From Raja brachyura (lineage: Eukaryota): a stretch of 64,000 bases of DNA. A program made the translations under genes and the position numbers. Under the pieces are notes generated by a model. That model saw only the letters and a list, made by a program, of their open reading frames with translations, was not told where the DNA came from and did no database searches. Shown here piece by piece: positions 10,755 to 24,109 of this stretch; the stretch's first letter is position 1; each line of letters starts with the position of its first letter. Where the stretch lies: positions 18,786,001-18,850,000 of the forward strand of contig OY740797.1 of NCBI GenBank assembly GCA_963514005.1, read 5' to 3'.

Positions 10755-12800
10755 GAGACATAGAAAAATAGATGCAGGAGTAGGCCATTTTTCTTGCATC
10801 TAGCCTGTCCAATCCTTTAAGAATTTTATGTTTCTATAACATCCCCTCTCATCTTAAATTCCAGTGAATACAAGCCCAGATGAACCATTCTTTCATCATA
10901 TGTCAGTCCTGCCATCCCAGGGAATTAACCTGGTCTACCTATGCTGCACTCACTCAATAACAATAACATCCTTCCTCAAATAAGGAGACTAAAATTTCAC
11001 GCAATACTCCAGGTTCAGTCTCACCAGGGCCCTGTACAACTGCAGTAGGACGTCCATGCTCCTAAACTCAAATCCTCTCGCAATGCTCCTCAAGCATCTC
11101 CCCACTACCGATGCAAGGCTAACTGGTCTATAATTCCCTGTTTTCTCTCTCCCTCCTTTCTTAAAAAGTGGAGTTACATTGGATCAGTTCCTGTGGACTG
11201 GAGGGTAGTCGTGAGGATATTGGAAAATGATCACCAATGCATCCACGATTTCTAGGGCCACCTCCTGAGTACTCTGGGATGCAGACTATCAGGCCCTGGG
11301 GGTTCATCTGCCTTCAATCCCAACAGTTTACCGAACACCATTTCCTGACTAATGTGGATTCCCTTCAGTTCTTCCCTACCACTAGATCTTCGGTCCCCTA
11401 TTATTTCTGACCTTAAAAACGCGAGTTTTCCTACACTCTCTTTCCCATTAACTGCACACACACACACGCTTCCATGTTGTTGACTCCACCCCTCTACTGC
11501 TTAGTTTAAACCCACCCGTGTAGCACTAGCAAACCTGCCTGCCAGAATGTCAGTCCCCCTCCGATTAAGGTGCAACCCGTCCCTTTTGTACAGGTCACCA
11601 AAGCCCAAGACGAGATCCCAGTGGTCTAGAAATCTAAATCCCTGCCCCCTGCGCCAACTCCTCAGTCACACATTCAGATCCCCCATCTCCTTGTTCCTAC
11701 CCTCACTAGTGCGAGGTACTGGAAGCAACCCAGAGATAACTACCCAAGAAGTCCTGCTTTTCAGCCTCCTACCTAGTTCTCTATACTCATGTTGCAGAAC
11801 CTCCTTCCTCTTCTTACCCACATCATTTGTGCCTACATGCACAACTACTTCCAGCTGTTCACCTTCCCTCACGAGGATGTTCTTAAGTCGGTCTGAGACG
11901 TCTTGGACCTCGGCACCAGGGAGGCAACTCACCTTCGCCACAGAATCTCCTGTCCGCACCTCTGACAATGGGGTCACCCACCACTATGGCTCTGCCTGAC
12001 GTCAGTCGAGCCTCAGCTGCAGGTTTCGGATCACAGACCTATCCGCCACTGGGACTGGAAGCGTCACCTGCCCTGACAGCTCCCAAAAGGGTGTACCTGT
12101 TTTCAAGAGGTACTTCCACTGAGGTCTCCTGTACTAGTTTCATCTCCTTCCTTTCCGCCTCTAACCATCACACCTCTCGTTTTCTTGGAGTGATGGCCTG
12201 ACTGTAGGTCCTGTCCAGGAAGCTTTCATCTTCCCGAATGGACCGCAGGTCATCCAGCTGCTGCTCCAGTTCTCTAACTCGGAGCTTGAGGATCTGCATC
12301 TGGACACAGTTCCCACAGGCGTAGTGGTCAGTGACACCAGCGGTGCCCCTGGCTTCCCACATATTGCAACTAAGGCACTGCAGTAATATTCCTGCCACCA
12401 CGCCAATGTTTAAATATTTAAATTAAATTAAACACACAACCGAATAAATGTAGCCTCCTCACTAAAGATTCTTGAGCCAAAGACTCACACTTTACCTCAA
12501 CACGCTCCCTAGACCATGTTCTACTTTTATTTGCTAATCAATTAACTACTTTACTAATTAACTAACTTACCAATTAACTAATATAGATCCTGCAGCCAAT
12601 GCCCGCACTCACTCCTTCAACAGTCGCTCCTCTGCCGACATTGAAGTTAAGTGCTGCAAGACCCTGACTGACAAAACCCTGACTGGTTTTTAAATGTGCC
12701 GCACTGAGAACAGTGAAAAAACTCACCAAGGGTTTACCTTTCTGCAGCCAATCCCTGCACTCGCTCCTTCAACTGCCGCTCTTCTGCTGACCTTGTAATT
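10755..12800 (-). mobile_element. CR1 LINE with 5'UTR and ORF1 retained, ORF2 heavily deleted
   Basis: ORF1 Zn-finger/leucine zipper (CLSCNMWE..CGNC..LRVRELEQQL) and SGNH esterase (CLPGA..VVVHVGTND..VVISGLLPVP). RT pieces (KADEPPGPDSLHPRVL). 3' tail at 10757. Confidence 0.9.
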
Positions 12801-13189
12801 AAGATTCCTGTTACACAATTGATATGTTTGTGGATCACATATCAGAGGATTTCCTTGGGATTTATGGGAAAGCATGGATTTTCACTTCAACATCATGGGG
12901 ATAACAGGGTGTTTTAGATCATTTTTGCTTCATTTCGCTTGCGAGGTGGGTTGTAAAAAAGATGATTGGGCAATGATTAATATCAGAAGGTAAAAAGGAA
13001 AGTAGTTCAATGTGCTACATTGAAGGATGGAATAGATGACAGTGGGAATGGAACAGGGAACCTGCTTATAAATGTATTTGCAGGCTGCTCCGTAAGTGCC
13101 TAGGCAATGCTTGACTCCATGCAACCAACAAGATTTACTCACTAAAATGCTTCTAGATGTTGAATAAACTTTGTTCTTCCCTATTTCAG

Positions 13190-13240
13190 ACAGAAAGGAA
13201 ACTTATGAGAGAAAATTACATAAAAACACCAAAATTTAAG
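13190..13240 (+). CDS. CNGB1: CNGB1 exon: TERKLMRENYIKTPKFK
   Basis: tatttcag|ACA and AAG|gtgagt, 51 nt, phase 0. Confidence 0.92.
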
Positions 13241-13499
13241 GTGAGTCATTACACTGGTGAACATGAATAAGGTTCACTGCGCTGTCCTTCAATAATCACC
13301 ATGAACAATGACTATTAGTGTATTGATGAATAGCTCTTGCCTGGAGTGGCATTGATGAGCTCTGGAAATAGAGTTTAATGAAAACTGGATAAATACATGA
13401 GAGAGAAAGGAATAGAAGGTCATGCCAAGGTTGTTAAAGGAAGGGAGATGGAAAGCAGCTCATGTGGACCAAATACCACATGATCAACTAAGGCCAAGT

Positions 13500-13965
13500 C
13501 CCACTGAATCTCCCGGTTGCTAACTATTTTAACTTCCCTTCCCATTCCACACTTGACCTTTCTGTCCTGAGCCTTCTCCATTGCCAGAGTGGGCCACATA
13601 CAAACTGGAGGAACTGCACCTCATATTCCACTTGGGTAGCCTACAGCCCAATGGTATGAACATTGAGTTCCCCAATTTTAGGCAACCCCTAACTAACCTC
13701 CCCCCACTGCACCCCCCTCCCCTTTCCCAGACTCACACCCCTTTCTTCCCCCTCCCTCTCTCTCCCAAATGCTTTCCTCCCCCGTGCCCAACTGGACTCC
13801 CACCTATTTCTCCCCTCCAACCCCCCCCCCCCCCCCCCCCCCCCCAGCCCCACTGTTACATTTTTCCCTCTGCCAACTATCTGCCTATCATAAACCCCTC
13901 TCCGGAGATGCTGCCTAATCTTCTGAGTTACTCCAGCACTTAGTGTCCTTTTGTTTACCACGTGA
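13500..13965 (+). mobile_element. Penelope-like 3' fragment
   Basis: KLEELHLIFHLGSLQPNGMNIEFPNFR, C-rich tract and terminal gatgctgcc..gagttactccagca. Confidence 0.8.
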
Positions 13966-15178
13966 TCCAGTGTAAAATCTAAGTAACTCCAACAGCTGCT
14001 GTAGCTACGCATGCACTGTGATCACATGGATAACCCTCGAGCTGTTTAGCAGTCGTAGTAGCATAGTCACACAGAAAGTGTTGCGGTGGCTCATTCACCC
14101 ATGCAGCCTGGTCATTTCCACCCACCGTATCTTGCACCGTTAGTTCTGTTGTGCATGAGATCTGTGCTCTGCTCATCATTCCATATCATCCAAGTAAGGA
14201 TATTTATGGGGACATTTAAATAAACAGCAGCAATGGACCAATAAACTCAGCTATACTGTAACCTCAGTAAAATGTCACTCGGCGCACCAGTATTTAACAT
14301 GTGTAAATTGTTATTAGGCAAAAACAATTGGCAAAATCAATGGGATAACTTAATGAGAAAATTATAGCTCAAATTGCCCCACTGCCCAGCCCTCTAGCTG
14401 TTATTGTAGTAGCCAAATCCCACCCTGCCCCACCACATTGCTTACACCTTCATCATTCATCCCTACTCCAATATCAGCCTTCAGCCTTCCTTATCAGAGA
14501 TGTGTTGATGAGGATAGGGCCAGGCATACTGCCAAGTGCCTGCAAAAGGCACTTTCAATGATGCAGGAAATTCATTACTGGTTATGTCAGCTCTGTAGGT
14601 TTGTACAGGACCTGTTGTACCCATGTTTTTTAATGGTATAATTGCTTCATTACTTTGTGTATGTTTCCTTTAGCATAGAGTAAAAAGCTTCTTTCCTGAA
14701 GGGTGATTGCCATTACTGCACCAAAGTGGCTGAATTAGCAGCACAGGCCAATCTCTTCAGGTAGCAGTGTCACATTCAAACCCTATCCCTGCTCAATGTC
14801 CAGTTGAACACCCAGTTTGTTAGTAGCGGCCCTTCAATCTATTCTGGAACTGGTTCTTAGAGAGAAAAGTATTTGTAAAACATTTGATGTCTACCTTGGC
14901 CCTTTTCTCTTTCATTGTAATCCAGTTTCTAAAGATATTACAGTGCAGTCACTTCTAATATTTCTCATCGGATCAAGACAGTTGAATCATTCATCAAAAC
15001 AACACTCTCCCATAGTCAGCAAATTGAATTGGTCCTCTGCTCTGTAGTTGGTGAATGAGCTTACATTCTGCAATTGTTTGCTGAGTGGTCAAACTACATT
15101 GAACAAAGATGTGTTTTATGCAAGAGAGGGAAATCTTCAAAAAAATAATAAAAATATAACCACTGATTCTGTTTCCAG

Positions 15179-15265
15179 ATGGATTTGGTGTCCCTTTTGC
15201 CTTTGGATATATTGTACTTTAAACTAGGCTTCAAAGTGTTGTTGAGAGTGCCACGCCTCTTGAAG
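15179..15265 (+). CDS. CNGB1: CNGB1 exon, S3-S4: MDLVSLLPLDILYFKLGFKVLLRVPRLLK
   Basis: gtttccag|ATG and AAG|gtaagt, 87 nt. Confidence 0.95.
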
Positions 15266-17112
15266 GTAAGTTTGGTTGATGTTTTCGTCCCTTGGCGAAG
15301 CTGTATCCAAAGTTTATAGCTTCTGGATCCAATGTCACCATAGGTTCTGATTTTAAAGGTCAGTAACTCATGGTAAAAAATGATACTTATCAACTGCTTA
15401 GATACAACCAGAAATAAATTAAAAATAAATTGTTAGGAGAAAAGAACTTGCATTATGTAACAATTTTCAGAACCTCAAAGCAATGTACCGCAAAATAACA
15501 ACTTTTCCAATATAGCCAGTATTGTAATGTAGGAAATTTGACATTCCTTTTGAGAACAGCTGGATGCTATAGCAATGTGGTAACAAGCATGTAGTATGTT
15601 TTATTGCTGGTAGTTGAGGTTAACAGATAGGACAAACTGTCACTACACCTGGTTCCCTGGTGCAAATACAAACCATTCTGTGGGCTAGCACAATTATGAC
15701 CTTTGAAGTATAGGCTGTAATGGTGGTGCTTGGAGTGTCTGGTTTTTAGCTCTGGTGAGCTAATACTGCAAAATGCAGACAGAGAGACTGAGCACTCATG
15801 AAAGTGAGAACGTTGTCTCCTGTGTTGTCTGAGAACAAAAGACTTCATTCACCTGTACCTGTTGTGGGTCTTTATTAAACATGTTCAATATGCGTAAACC
15901 TGCATCATTGGCCAATCCCACATTTTTGCCTCAGGAAAAAATCAAAATATATATTGTGTAGATAAAGAGGTAGGTACTTCATCTATTGTGTCTGTTTTTG
16001 ATTCCAAAATTCCCCATTTCCTTATCCACCAAGGCTTCAACCACAGGTCCTGGCCTGGTCCCACTGACCCCCATCACTGACCCCCACCTTCCCATTCACA
16101 ATCACTTGGACAACAAAGCTCCTTCCATGGCTCCATGGTGCAAACTCTCAAACCCTAATTGAACCTAAGTTATTGCTCAAGATCAGAACTTGCTCCTTTC
16201 CCTCATCTACGCAGTCCAAACACCAGATCTCACCCTTCACGAACCAACGCTGTCCAAAAATAAAATACCATCTCAAGACATCATTCATGGCAATAACTCC
16301 AAAGCTAATGAACACTCCATGAACCTATGATAAAAATGCCAAACACCTTGACCACCGTCCCTCAATCGCACAACTATCCAAAGATTCTGATTCCACCTGA
16401 AACGTGTCCAAACATTTCATTCTTCGCCACCTCTTTAACCTGAGCTCTTGTAGGCTGCATAACAATGGCCAATATTCATATCTTCCCCATCCTCATAACA
16501 AAACTTTCAAGGACCATGGTCTCACATCACATCCAAACATTTACAGACTTGGAGCAATTACCTGCTGCAACTTCCTTCTGCAGCAATATATTCCATATGA
16601 TAATATCGGAGGCTAATATCTTCAGCTGCTTAGACTTCCCAATTTAATAACCCTGCATTGGGTGGATCAAATGTACGGTACTTATGATTTTTTTTCTCAT
16701 AGAATATCCCAGCAGAGAACGTGGCCAGTGAAATAATCTGTCTGATTAGTTCCACACTGATCTTTCTCCATTGCCTTACAATATTCTATTTTACGAGAAT
16801 ATATCCAATTTCCTTTTGATACATAAGGATAATACAAGCACTCTTTCAAGTGGTTCTTTTCAGTTCATAACGAATCAATTAGATTGGGAAAAACTAGTGC
16901 TGGTCAAGTTGATCATATAAGTCTGCTTTTGAAAGATTCTGGATTACATTTTGTTTAATCTATCATTCATTTGGCATTATGATTGGAATGCCAATTAAAT
17001 GGTACTTTGTTAGTATTATAAGTGTGATTTAAAAAAATATTTAAGCCCACATTTCTTTTAGTAAGGTATATTGTGGTGTTACTGAACATCTTTCAAAAAT
17101 CTTTTATAACAG

Positions 17113-17177
17113 TACACAACCTTTCTTGAATTTAATGACCGACTGGAAGCAATAATGAGCAAAGCTTATATTTACAG
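17113..17177 (+). CDS. CNGB1: CNGB1 exon: YTTFLEFNDRLEAIMSKAYIYR
   Basis: ataacag|TAC and CAG|gtgcgt, 65 nt. Confidence 0.94.
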
Positions 17178-17949
17178 GTGCGTAACACTGTTTTATTTCT
17201 CAGATAGACTTGTAATCACACCTTGAATTTCCACCATGTACCACACACAAACACTCAGAAATTGTTGTGAGTTATTCAGAAGTACCTTATAATATTTTCT
17301 GTAAAACAGTGTTGCATTGGTAAAACATTGGTCTGACACTTTAAACCTAGGGAGAATCGGATATTTAAGCCTTTAAACATAATTGAAACCCTTGAAACAC
17401 AGTGATACACAGGTGCTGTCCCCTTTCAATACAGGAATGTTCAAATATTATTCCCTTTAAACACTGCAATCATTAGGTACTGTTCTTTTAAATAGAGATA
17501 CTCAAGAATTGTCCTTTCCTTTTAAAATAAAGTACCAAGGTATCACACAGCTGCGCGTGATAATATCAGGATACATTTTTGATACCTAGGGTAATACCAA
17601 GGTGCTTGTGCAACACATACATATCAAAGCCCCTTCGTATTGCTATCCAGAGATGCGATGATAGGTTCCTTTCAATCAAAGCTAGGTAGATCAGAAAAAG
17701 TCACATCATTCAATTGTGGCAGCAGCTTAAAATGAAACAGAGCTTGCTCATGTTAAGGAGTAGTAAAGTGCAAAAATACAGATCCTGACCCTTCATTCTG
17801 AGAGTCAGGCTGTTCAGGAGGGGAATGCACCTACTCGTGAATGGTGAGTGATTTGTTAAAGATACATACATCAATCCTCATCTCTCAAATAAGCCAATCA
17901 AGAAATTTCCCATTACGTTAAATGTAACAAAATGCTTTGTGCTTTACAG

Positions 17950-18072
17950 AGTAATCAGGACCACAATATATTTACTGTACAGCCTCCACATAAACAGTTG
18001 TTTATACTATTGGGCATCTGACTTCGAGGGCATTGCATCCACAAAGTGGGTTTATGATGGTGAGGGGAACAG
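17950..18072 (+). CDS. CNGB1: CNGB1 exon, S5: [40 protein letters not shown]
   Basis: tttacag|A and CAG|gtgggt, 123 nt. Confidence 0.95.
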
Positions 18073-18499
18073 GTGGGTTTAATTGTTAGATCTGATATAT
18101 TGCTTTTTCTGAGATTTTTATTTGCTACTTTCCTACATGATGTATTTGTAATAATATGTGCCAGTCTGTCCATCCAAATGACATCAGTAATCAATAGTTT
18201 GAAATAGAAAGTCTGTACAAAACTGCTAAAATTTGAAAATGAAAGATAAAATGCTGAAAATACTCAGTGGGTCAGACAGAATCTGTAGAGAGAGAAAATG
18301 TTAACATTTCAAGCCTATAATTGTTCATTAGAACTGGTGGAATGGGGCCAAAGAGACAAATTTGCACCCCATAGGAGGGAGGAGCAGAGTTTCTTCAGGG
18401 TGCGGATTCCCAGAGGGCAAGTGGCAGTGAATTCAGCAATAACCCAAAAGCAAACTTCAGTAGATGCTGGAAATCTGAAGAAAAAAGGCAAATGCTGTT

Positions 18500-18785
18500 T
18501 CAAAAACTATAGGTTTATATTGAGAAGGGAAAGATTTAAAAGAGGCTGAGGAAGCAGCTTTTCACCCATTGTGTGGTGCATATGAAGCATGAGCTAAAGG
18601 GTAAAGGTGCTTACAATTACAATGTTTAAGACATCTGAACAGGTAGGTGGGTTGGAAAGGTTTGAAGGAATATGGACCAGGCTCAGACAAGAGAGACTAG
18701 CTTATTTAGCGAATTTGATTGGCATGGACAAGCTGGGCTAGAGGGCTTATTTCCGTGCTGTATAGCTCTATGAGTCAATAACTCT
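18500..18785 (+). mobile_element. CR1 3' end
   Basis: Typical CR1 3'UTR/tail (gggc..tttccgtgctgtat..ctctatga). Confidence 0.7.
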
Positions 18786-19179
18786 AAACGATGAGCAGTA
18801 GTCTAGGAGCATTTACGGAGTGAGAAACAAGTCAACATTTTAGATCAATGGTCTTTCATTGGAATTGATTCTTTAAGTATTTTAATTTCCTCACCTTTTC
18901 CTGCAATATCCTGTAAGAAATCATAACCTTTTCTTCCTGTCTGGCTTTCAACTTGTTGATTCGATAAAAGTTGTCCTGAGCTATATGTGCTAAATACACA
19001 ACATGATGCATCTCTAAAATTTGAATCAATTGATTTCAATGAAATTTAACTCTGGAAGCAAGAATTGAAAGGCCATATGTTAGCGTTTTATCTGATTAGC
19101 TCTCATACATGAGGATAGATTTTCACTCCAAAACATCGTTTCTGCAGCTTAAGCATGGAGCAGCTGACACATCTGTTAT

Positions 19180-19395
19180 GTCAGCCGTGTCACAGTGATA
19201 GTACACTTGGTTCTGACTCAGAGTAGGGTTGCATGTCCTTTTTTAAATTTCTCTACCAGTTCTGGAACCGGCTCTGCACAAATTGACAATCACAGTTCAT
19301 ATATTCCATCCATCAGTGCACTTCAAAAGTATTTCAATAAATCCAAAGTGTTTTTGGGTACCTTAAAGATGTGAAAAATGCATTATCAAATTAGG
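19180..19395 (+). mobile_element. Old DeuSINE/SacSINE-like SINE remnant
   Basis: tRNA-like head remnant and 3' cacttcaaaagta..gtgaaaaatgcatta tail, recognised from memory. Confidence 0.45.
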
Positions 19396-19468
19396 GTAAA
19401 ATGTTACTCATAAAACTTTATATTTTCAAGTAATCTGCTCTTGCTCACAACAAGAATCAAAAATCATT

Positions 19469-20745
19469 GGTAGACAAAAATGCTGGAGAAACTCAGCGGG
19501 TGAGGCAGCATCTATGGAGCGAAGGAAATAGGTAATGTTTCGGGCCAAAACCCTTCTTCAGACTGACTGTGAGGATGGGGGGGGCGGGAAGAAGAAAGGA
19601 AGAGGAGGAGCCAGTGGGCTGAAGGAGAGCTGAGAAGAGGAGGAGAAAGTAAGGACTACCTGAAATTAGAGAAGTCAATGTTCATACCGCTGAGGTGCAA
19701 ACTGCCCAAGCGAAATAAGAGGTGCTGCTCCAATTTACAGTGGTCCTCACTCTGGCCATGGAGGAGGCCGAGGACAGAAAGGTCGGATTCGGAATGGGAG
19801 GGGGAGTTGAAGTGCTGAGCCACCGGGAGATCAGGTTGGTTATTGCGAACTGAGCGGAGGTGTTCGGCGAAGCGATCGTCACGCCTACGCTTGGTCTCAC
19901 CGATGTAGATCAGCTGACATCTAGAGCAGTGGATGCAATAGATGAGGTTGGAGGAGGTGCAGGTGAACCTCTGCCGCACCTGGAAAGACTGCTTGGGTCC
20001 TTGAATGGAGTCAAGAGGGGAGGTAAAGTGACAAGTGTAGCATTTCTTGCGGTTGCAAGGGAAAGTGCCTGGAGAGGGGGGTGTTTCGGGTGGGAAGGGA
20101 CGAATTGACCAGGGAGTTCCAGAGGGAGCCATCTCGGCGGAAAGCAGACAGGGGAGGAGATGGGAAGATGTGGCAAGTGGTGGGGTCACGTTGGAGGTGG
20201 CAAAAATGACGGAGGATAATTTGTTGTATGTGATGGCTGGTAGGGTGGAAGGTGAGGACAAGGGGGACTCTTCCCTTGTTACGAGTGGGGGGATTGGGGA
20301 GTGAGAGTAGAGTCACAGGGTATAGAAGAGACCCTGGTGAGAGCCTTATCTATGGTAGAAGAGGATAACCCCCATTCCCTGAAGAATGAGGACATCTTCA
20401 ATGCCCTGGTGTGGAACACCTCATCCTGGGTGCAGATGCGGCGTAGACTGAGGAATTGGGAGTGGAGGATAGTCCTTACAGGAAGCAGGGTGGGAAGAAG
20501 TGTAGTCCAGATTGCCATGGAAGTCAATGGCTTTTTAGTGGATGTCGGTCAGGAGTCTATCACCTGCGATGGAGATTTTGAGGTCAAGAAATGGTAGGGA
20601 AATGTCGGAAATGGTTCAGGTGTATTTGAGTGCCGGATGGAAGTTAGTGGTGAAATGGATGAAGTCAGTGAGTTGTGTGTGGGTGCAGGAGGTAGCACCA
20701 ATGCAGTCGTCGATGTAGCGGAGGTAGAGTGTGGGGATAGGGCGA
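19469..20745 (-). mobile_element. Penelope-like retroelement, 5'-truncated (RT C-terminus, GIY-YIG endonuclease, terminal repeat)
   Basis: LYLRYIDDC RT motif. RVPLVLTFHP thumb/linker. CNRKKCYTC..NLIYCIHCSRCQLIYIGETKR..RFAEH GIY-YIG. Frameshifted. Confidence 0.93.
19534..19561 (-). ncRNA. Minimal hammerhead-ribozyme motif in Penelope terminus
   Basis: Reverse strand reads CUGAAGA-A-GGGUUUUGGCCC-GAAA-CAUU. Core and stem II are intact, but the stem-III palindrome ACGU has decayed to ACAU. Confidence 0.55.
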
Positions 20746-21138
20746 GGGTCGGAGGAGTCGATGGTCAGCGGGTGGAGCATGGGATGGTCATTGATGGTCA
20801 TTGGGTGAACGTCAGGATTGGCAGCATCATTGAACCATATCTCAGTTAGCATTCACACCTTCAGGATAAATATCTAACAAGGGAATAGTGATGCAGGAAG
20901 AGGAGCCATCCAGGTGTTTTCTATTCTTTGTCTGAAGTGCTTCCTGAACACTCAATCTTGACTTTTGTTTTGCCCTCATTCTGGATTTCTCTTTCTGAGT
21001 TTGTAGTTTCTGTTTTTACTTCATTTAATCATCTTAAACACCACAAGTAGATTAGCGCTCAAACTTAAATATTCAATTAAAATAATTTTGTACTTGAAAC
21101 CTAAGATTTTATGCACTTTGCTTCTCCTTCCCCTGCAG

Positions 21139-21280
21139 TTATATGAGGTGCTATTACTGGGCTGTGAAGACTCTGATTACAATTGGAGGGCTACCTGACC
21201 CACAGACCGTGTTCGAAATTTTTTTTCAACTTGTCAACTATTTCATGGGAGTCCTCATCTTCTCCATCATGATTGGTCAG
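21139..21280 (+). CDS. CNGB1: CNGB1 exon, pore and S6: [47 protein letters not shown]
   Basis: ccctgcag|T and CAG|gtacag. TIGG filter lacks the A-subunit Glu, which marks a beta subunit. Confidence 0.96.
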
Positions 21281-22169
21281 GTACAGAACATACTATTGAA
21301 GGAAAAATAAATGGCAAATATAAATCTAAATGCAATTGAGAAGTGAGAAGATTAGATCATATGTCAGGTCTTCCCTGCATTAATATTGAAATGTACCATC
21401 TTTGTTTCAAAACCTATTCGCCTTGATTGCAAAATTCCATATTACTTTTGGTCATAGATCACTCATGTTAGAGAACAAAAGTGCTGTGGCTTAATGGATA
21501 GAATTGCCTGAAGGCAATGGATAAAGAGTCTTTGTGTACAACATCCTGCCTTCTGTCACTGACAGCCAGGTGATGCGGCTAGATTTCTAACGAATTGGAG
21601 AAAAAACATTTGAACAAACAAGTTAAACCCCACCCCATAAGTGACTCATTGCATCAGCAGAGGTCAAAAAGAAAGTCATTTTACCTACTTTGGTACTCGT
21701 TGTTATAAATGAAGATCCTTTATAAGAATTAAAATAACAATATAAAGGAATGTTTTTTATTTAAAAGCATTAACTTTCATTTCTGGCTAATCAGTTTGAT
21801 TACACCTCTCCGAGAGGTGATGGGTTTTCATTTCCCATGTTTAGAACATCTCTTGGTCAGAAGACTGAACTGTTATGGGTGTGAACAATACCCATTGTGA
21901 ATGAAGACTGAATTTGTTGAGTCTTTTCAGAATTACTCCTTTGTAACCCAAACATTTTGCAGAGTGTAATATATGTTGGCCCTCCCCACTATTGTATCTG
22001 TTATTCTCTTAGCACACTTGCATGCTTGTCTTATATACTTTCTGTTTGAACTTCATGCCACAGTTGTACATTCAAAATTGAGTATTAACTTATCTGTATT
22101 TGCGGTTTTGGCTTATATTGGCCGATATCCACAACTGAGTAAAGGCAAAATGTTTATATTGTTTTCAAG

Positions 22170-22329
22170 ATGAGAGAAGTGGTGGGGGCAGCTACTGCTC
22201 GACAGACTTATTATCGAAACTGTATGGATAACACAGTGAGGTATATGAATCTGAACAAAATTCCTCGAGGAGTCCAGAGCCGAGTGAAGAAGTGGTACGA
22301 ATTTACCTGGGAGTCACAAGGAATGCTCG
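22170..22329 (+). CDS. CNGB1: CNGB1 exon, C-linker: [23 protein letters not shown]...TWESQGML
   Basis: ttttcaag|ATG and CTCG|gtatgg, 160 nt. Confidence 0.95.
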
Positions 22330-23934
22330 GTATGGTTAAGTTACAATCTCATGATCAGCTTTTGTGAATGAACATGAAATATAGTTTATGTTTGGGAAAT
22401 CATAAAAATGCTGTTATGAGAGGACATTTCTCTTATGTGGTACAGTTCGTCGTCCTAACAATCGTTTAAAAAAAAAAATCATGTACTATGATTTTGAAAG
22501 ATAATGTGAAATTTCCTGTTGTAACTACATGGATCCTGAGAGCTTCCCGGAGACCGAAACAACTCCCTAAAAAGCAGCAGAGGTGAGTTTACTTCAGATT
22601 GGGACTGGGTCCAGGAGTTTCTTAACATCCAATGGAGAAGAGAATTTCTGTTCACCCTTGGAAAGCAAATGACCATTCAGAGGTATAAATAATGGGGAGG
22701 GTAAGAAGGTGACCACTGAAGATTCTGGGTGGTCAGAAATCCACCAAAGGCACGCTGAAAGAGAATGTAGCTGATGCACATTTTATACATTGGCGCGATC
22801 TCAAGTCAAGTGTGTATTATTGTCATATGTCCCAGATAGAACAATGACATTCTTACTTGCGGCTGCAGAACCGAATATGCAAACATTGTAATCTGTAAAC
22901 AATCTAATAAATGAGAAAATCGAACAAATGAAATAAACGAGTATTATGAGATATATGAAATTCAAATAACTATCAAAATCTAGAATTGAAAAGAAATGTT
23001 AAACTCTGTAATGATAAAAATAAAACAACTGGATTATTGTAGGATTCTATCTAAGGAAACCTGCCATCCTCAGCTTGTCCAATCTTTGTCTAACTCCAGA
23101 CCAAGTAACTACCTTAACTCTTGTCTCTCTTCTCAGTTTGTGAGTAGTTGGGAAAAACAAAAATGCCGGCATTGCTGGTAATGGCTGTATCTGGTTAATG
23201 GGAAAAAAAAATCTTTAAGATGGTTTATTTTTCTTCTTGCACGAATAGTCATTGAAAATTCTGCATTATGTCTTTAAATATTTATTGTTAAAATGGGGAG
23301 TCCATGGTCTCAGCTTTCTGTCTCAAATTTATTCCATGAATTTGTCCTCCAAACTACTTGTGTAAATTAGGCTGTGTCAATGGTAACTCTTCCATGACCA
23401 TTGGATCATTTGTGTTATTCATGCCGCTATTTTTTTTAATACTTGTCCAACTCTATAATTGGTGTTAGGAGATATGATTACTAATCCAGTCAATACTTTA
23501 TGCTGTTTGTTCTTTCTTAGATTTATACACACTAATTCTTTGTCCTAATCTTCTGGCCTAAGATCCTTTCTTTCTACTTACGTAATTTTATCCTTTACTG
23601 TCTTTTTGTTTTTGCCTTTCTAAAAGTCAATTAATTAAAAGTCAATATTTTGTTTCCAACTTTTGTTACCCTACTAACAGTAGTCTCATAAATACCTACG
23701 TCACACCCACTTATATTAACTTGTGCTGCTAATTGTTTTTCTTTGTTTTAAATATGATGAACATTCAGAAACAGTACCAATAATTTTAATTTATAATGGT
23801 TTGGCATTGGAATGAGTTTTAGAGCAGAGTACATGGCATTATTGAAAGTATTTTAATTTTAATGCCAAGTACACCAAGGTCTCATCTTTCTGGTTGAAAC
23901 CCAATTATATCTCTCTTCCTCATTATTTCTCCAG

Positions 23935-24032
23935 ATGAATCAGAGCTGTTGGAACAACTTCCTGATAAAATGAGGCTGGACATTGCCATTGACGTCAACT
24001 TCAGCATTATCAGTAAAGTTGCACTCTTTCAG
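23935..24032 (+). CDS. CNGB1: CNGB1 exon: [33 protein letters not shown]
   Basis: ttctccag|AT and CAG|gtactg, 98 nt. Confidence 0.95.
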
Positions 24033-24109
24033 GTACTGAGTTAGCCATTGGGAGAAGGCTAAAGGAACAGAAAGTGGGATGCTTTGCTGTAGATGAGGAA
24101 AACTAGCTG

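Noticed and set aside
19656-20261. 201-aa GIY-YIG ORF as a domesticated host gene
   Set aside because: Part of a frameshifted, 5'-truncated Penelope copy with near-identical paralogues in the window.
22528-22590. Strong donor AG|gtgagt with upstream ATG inside a CNGB1 intron
   Set aside because: The ATG frame stops before the donor, there is no good acceptor, and the only open frame is out of phase with the next exon.
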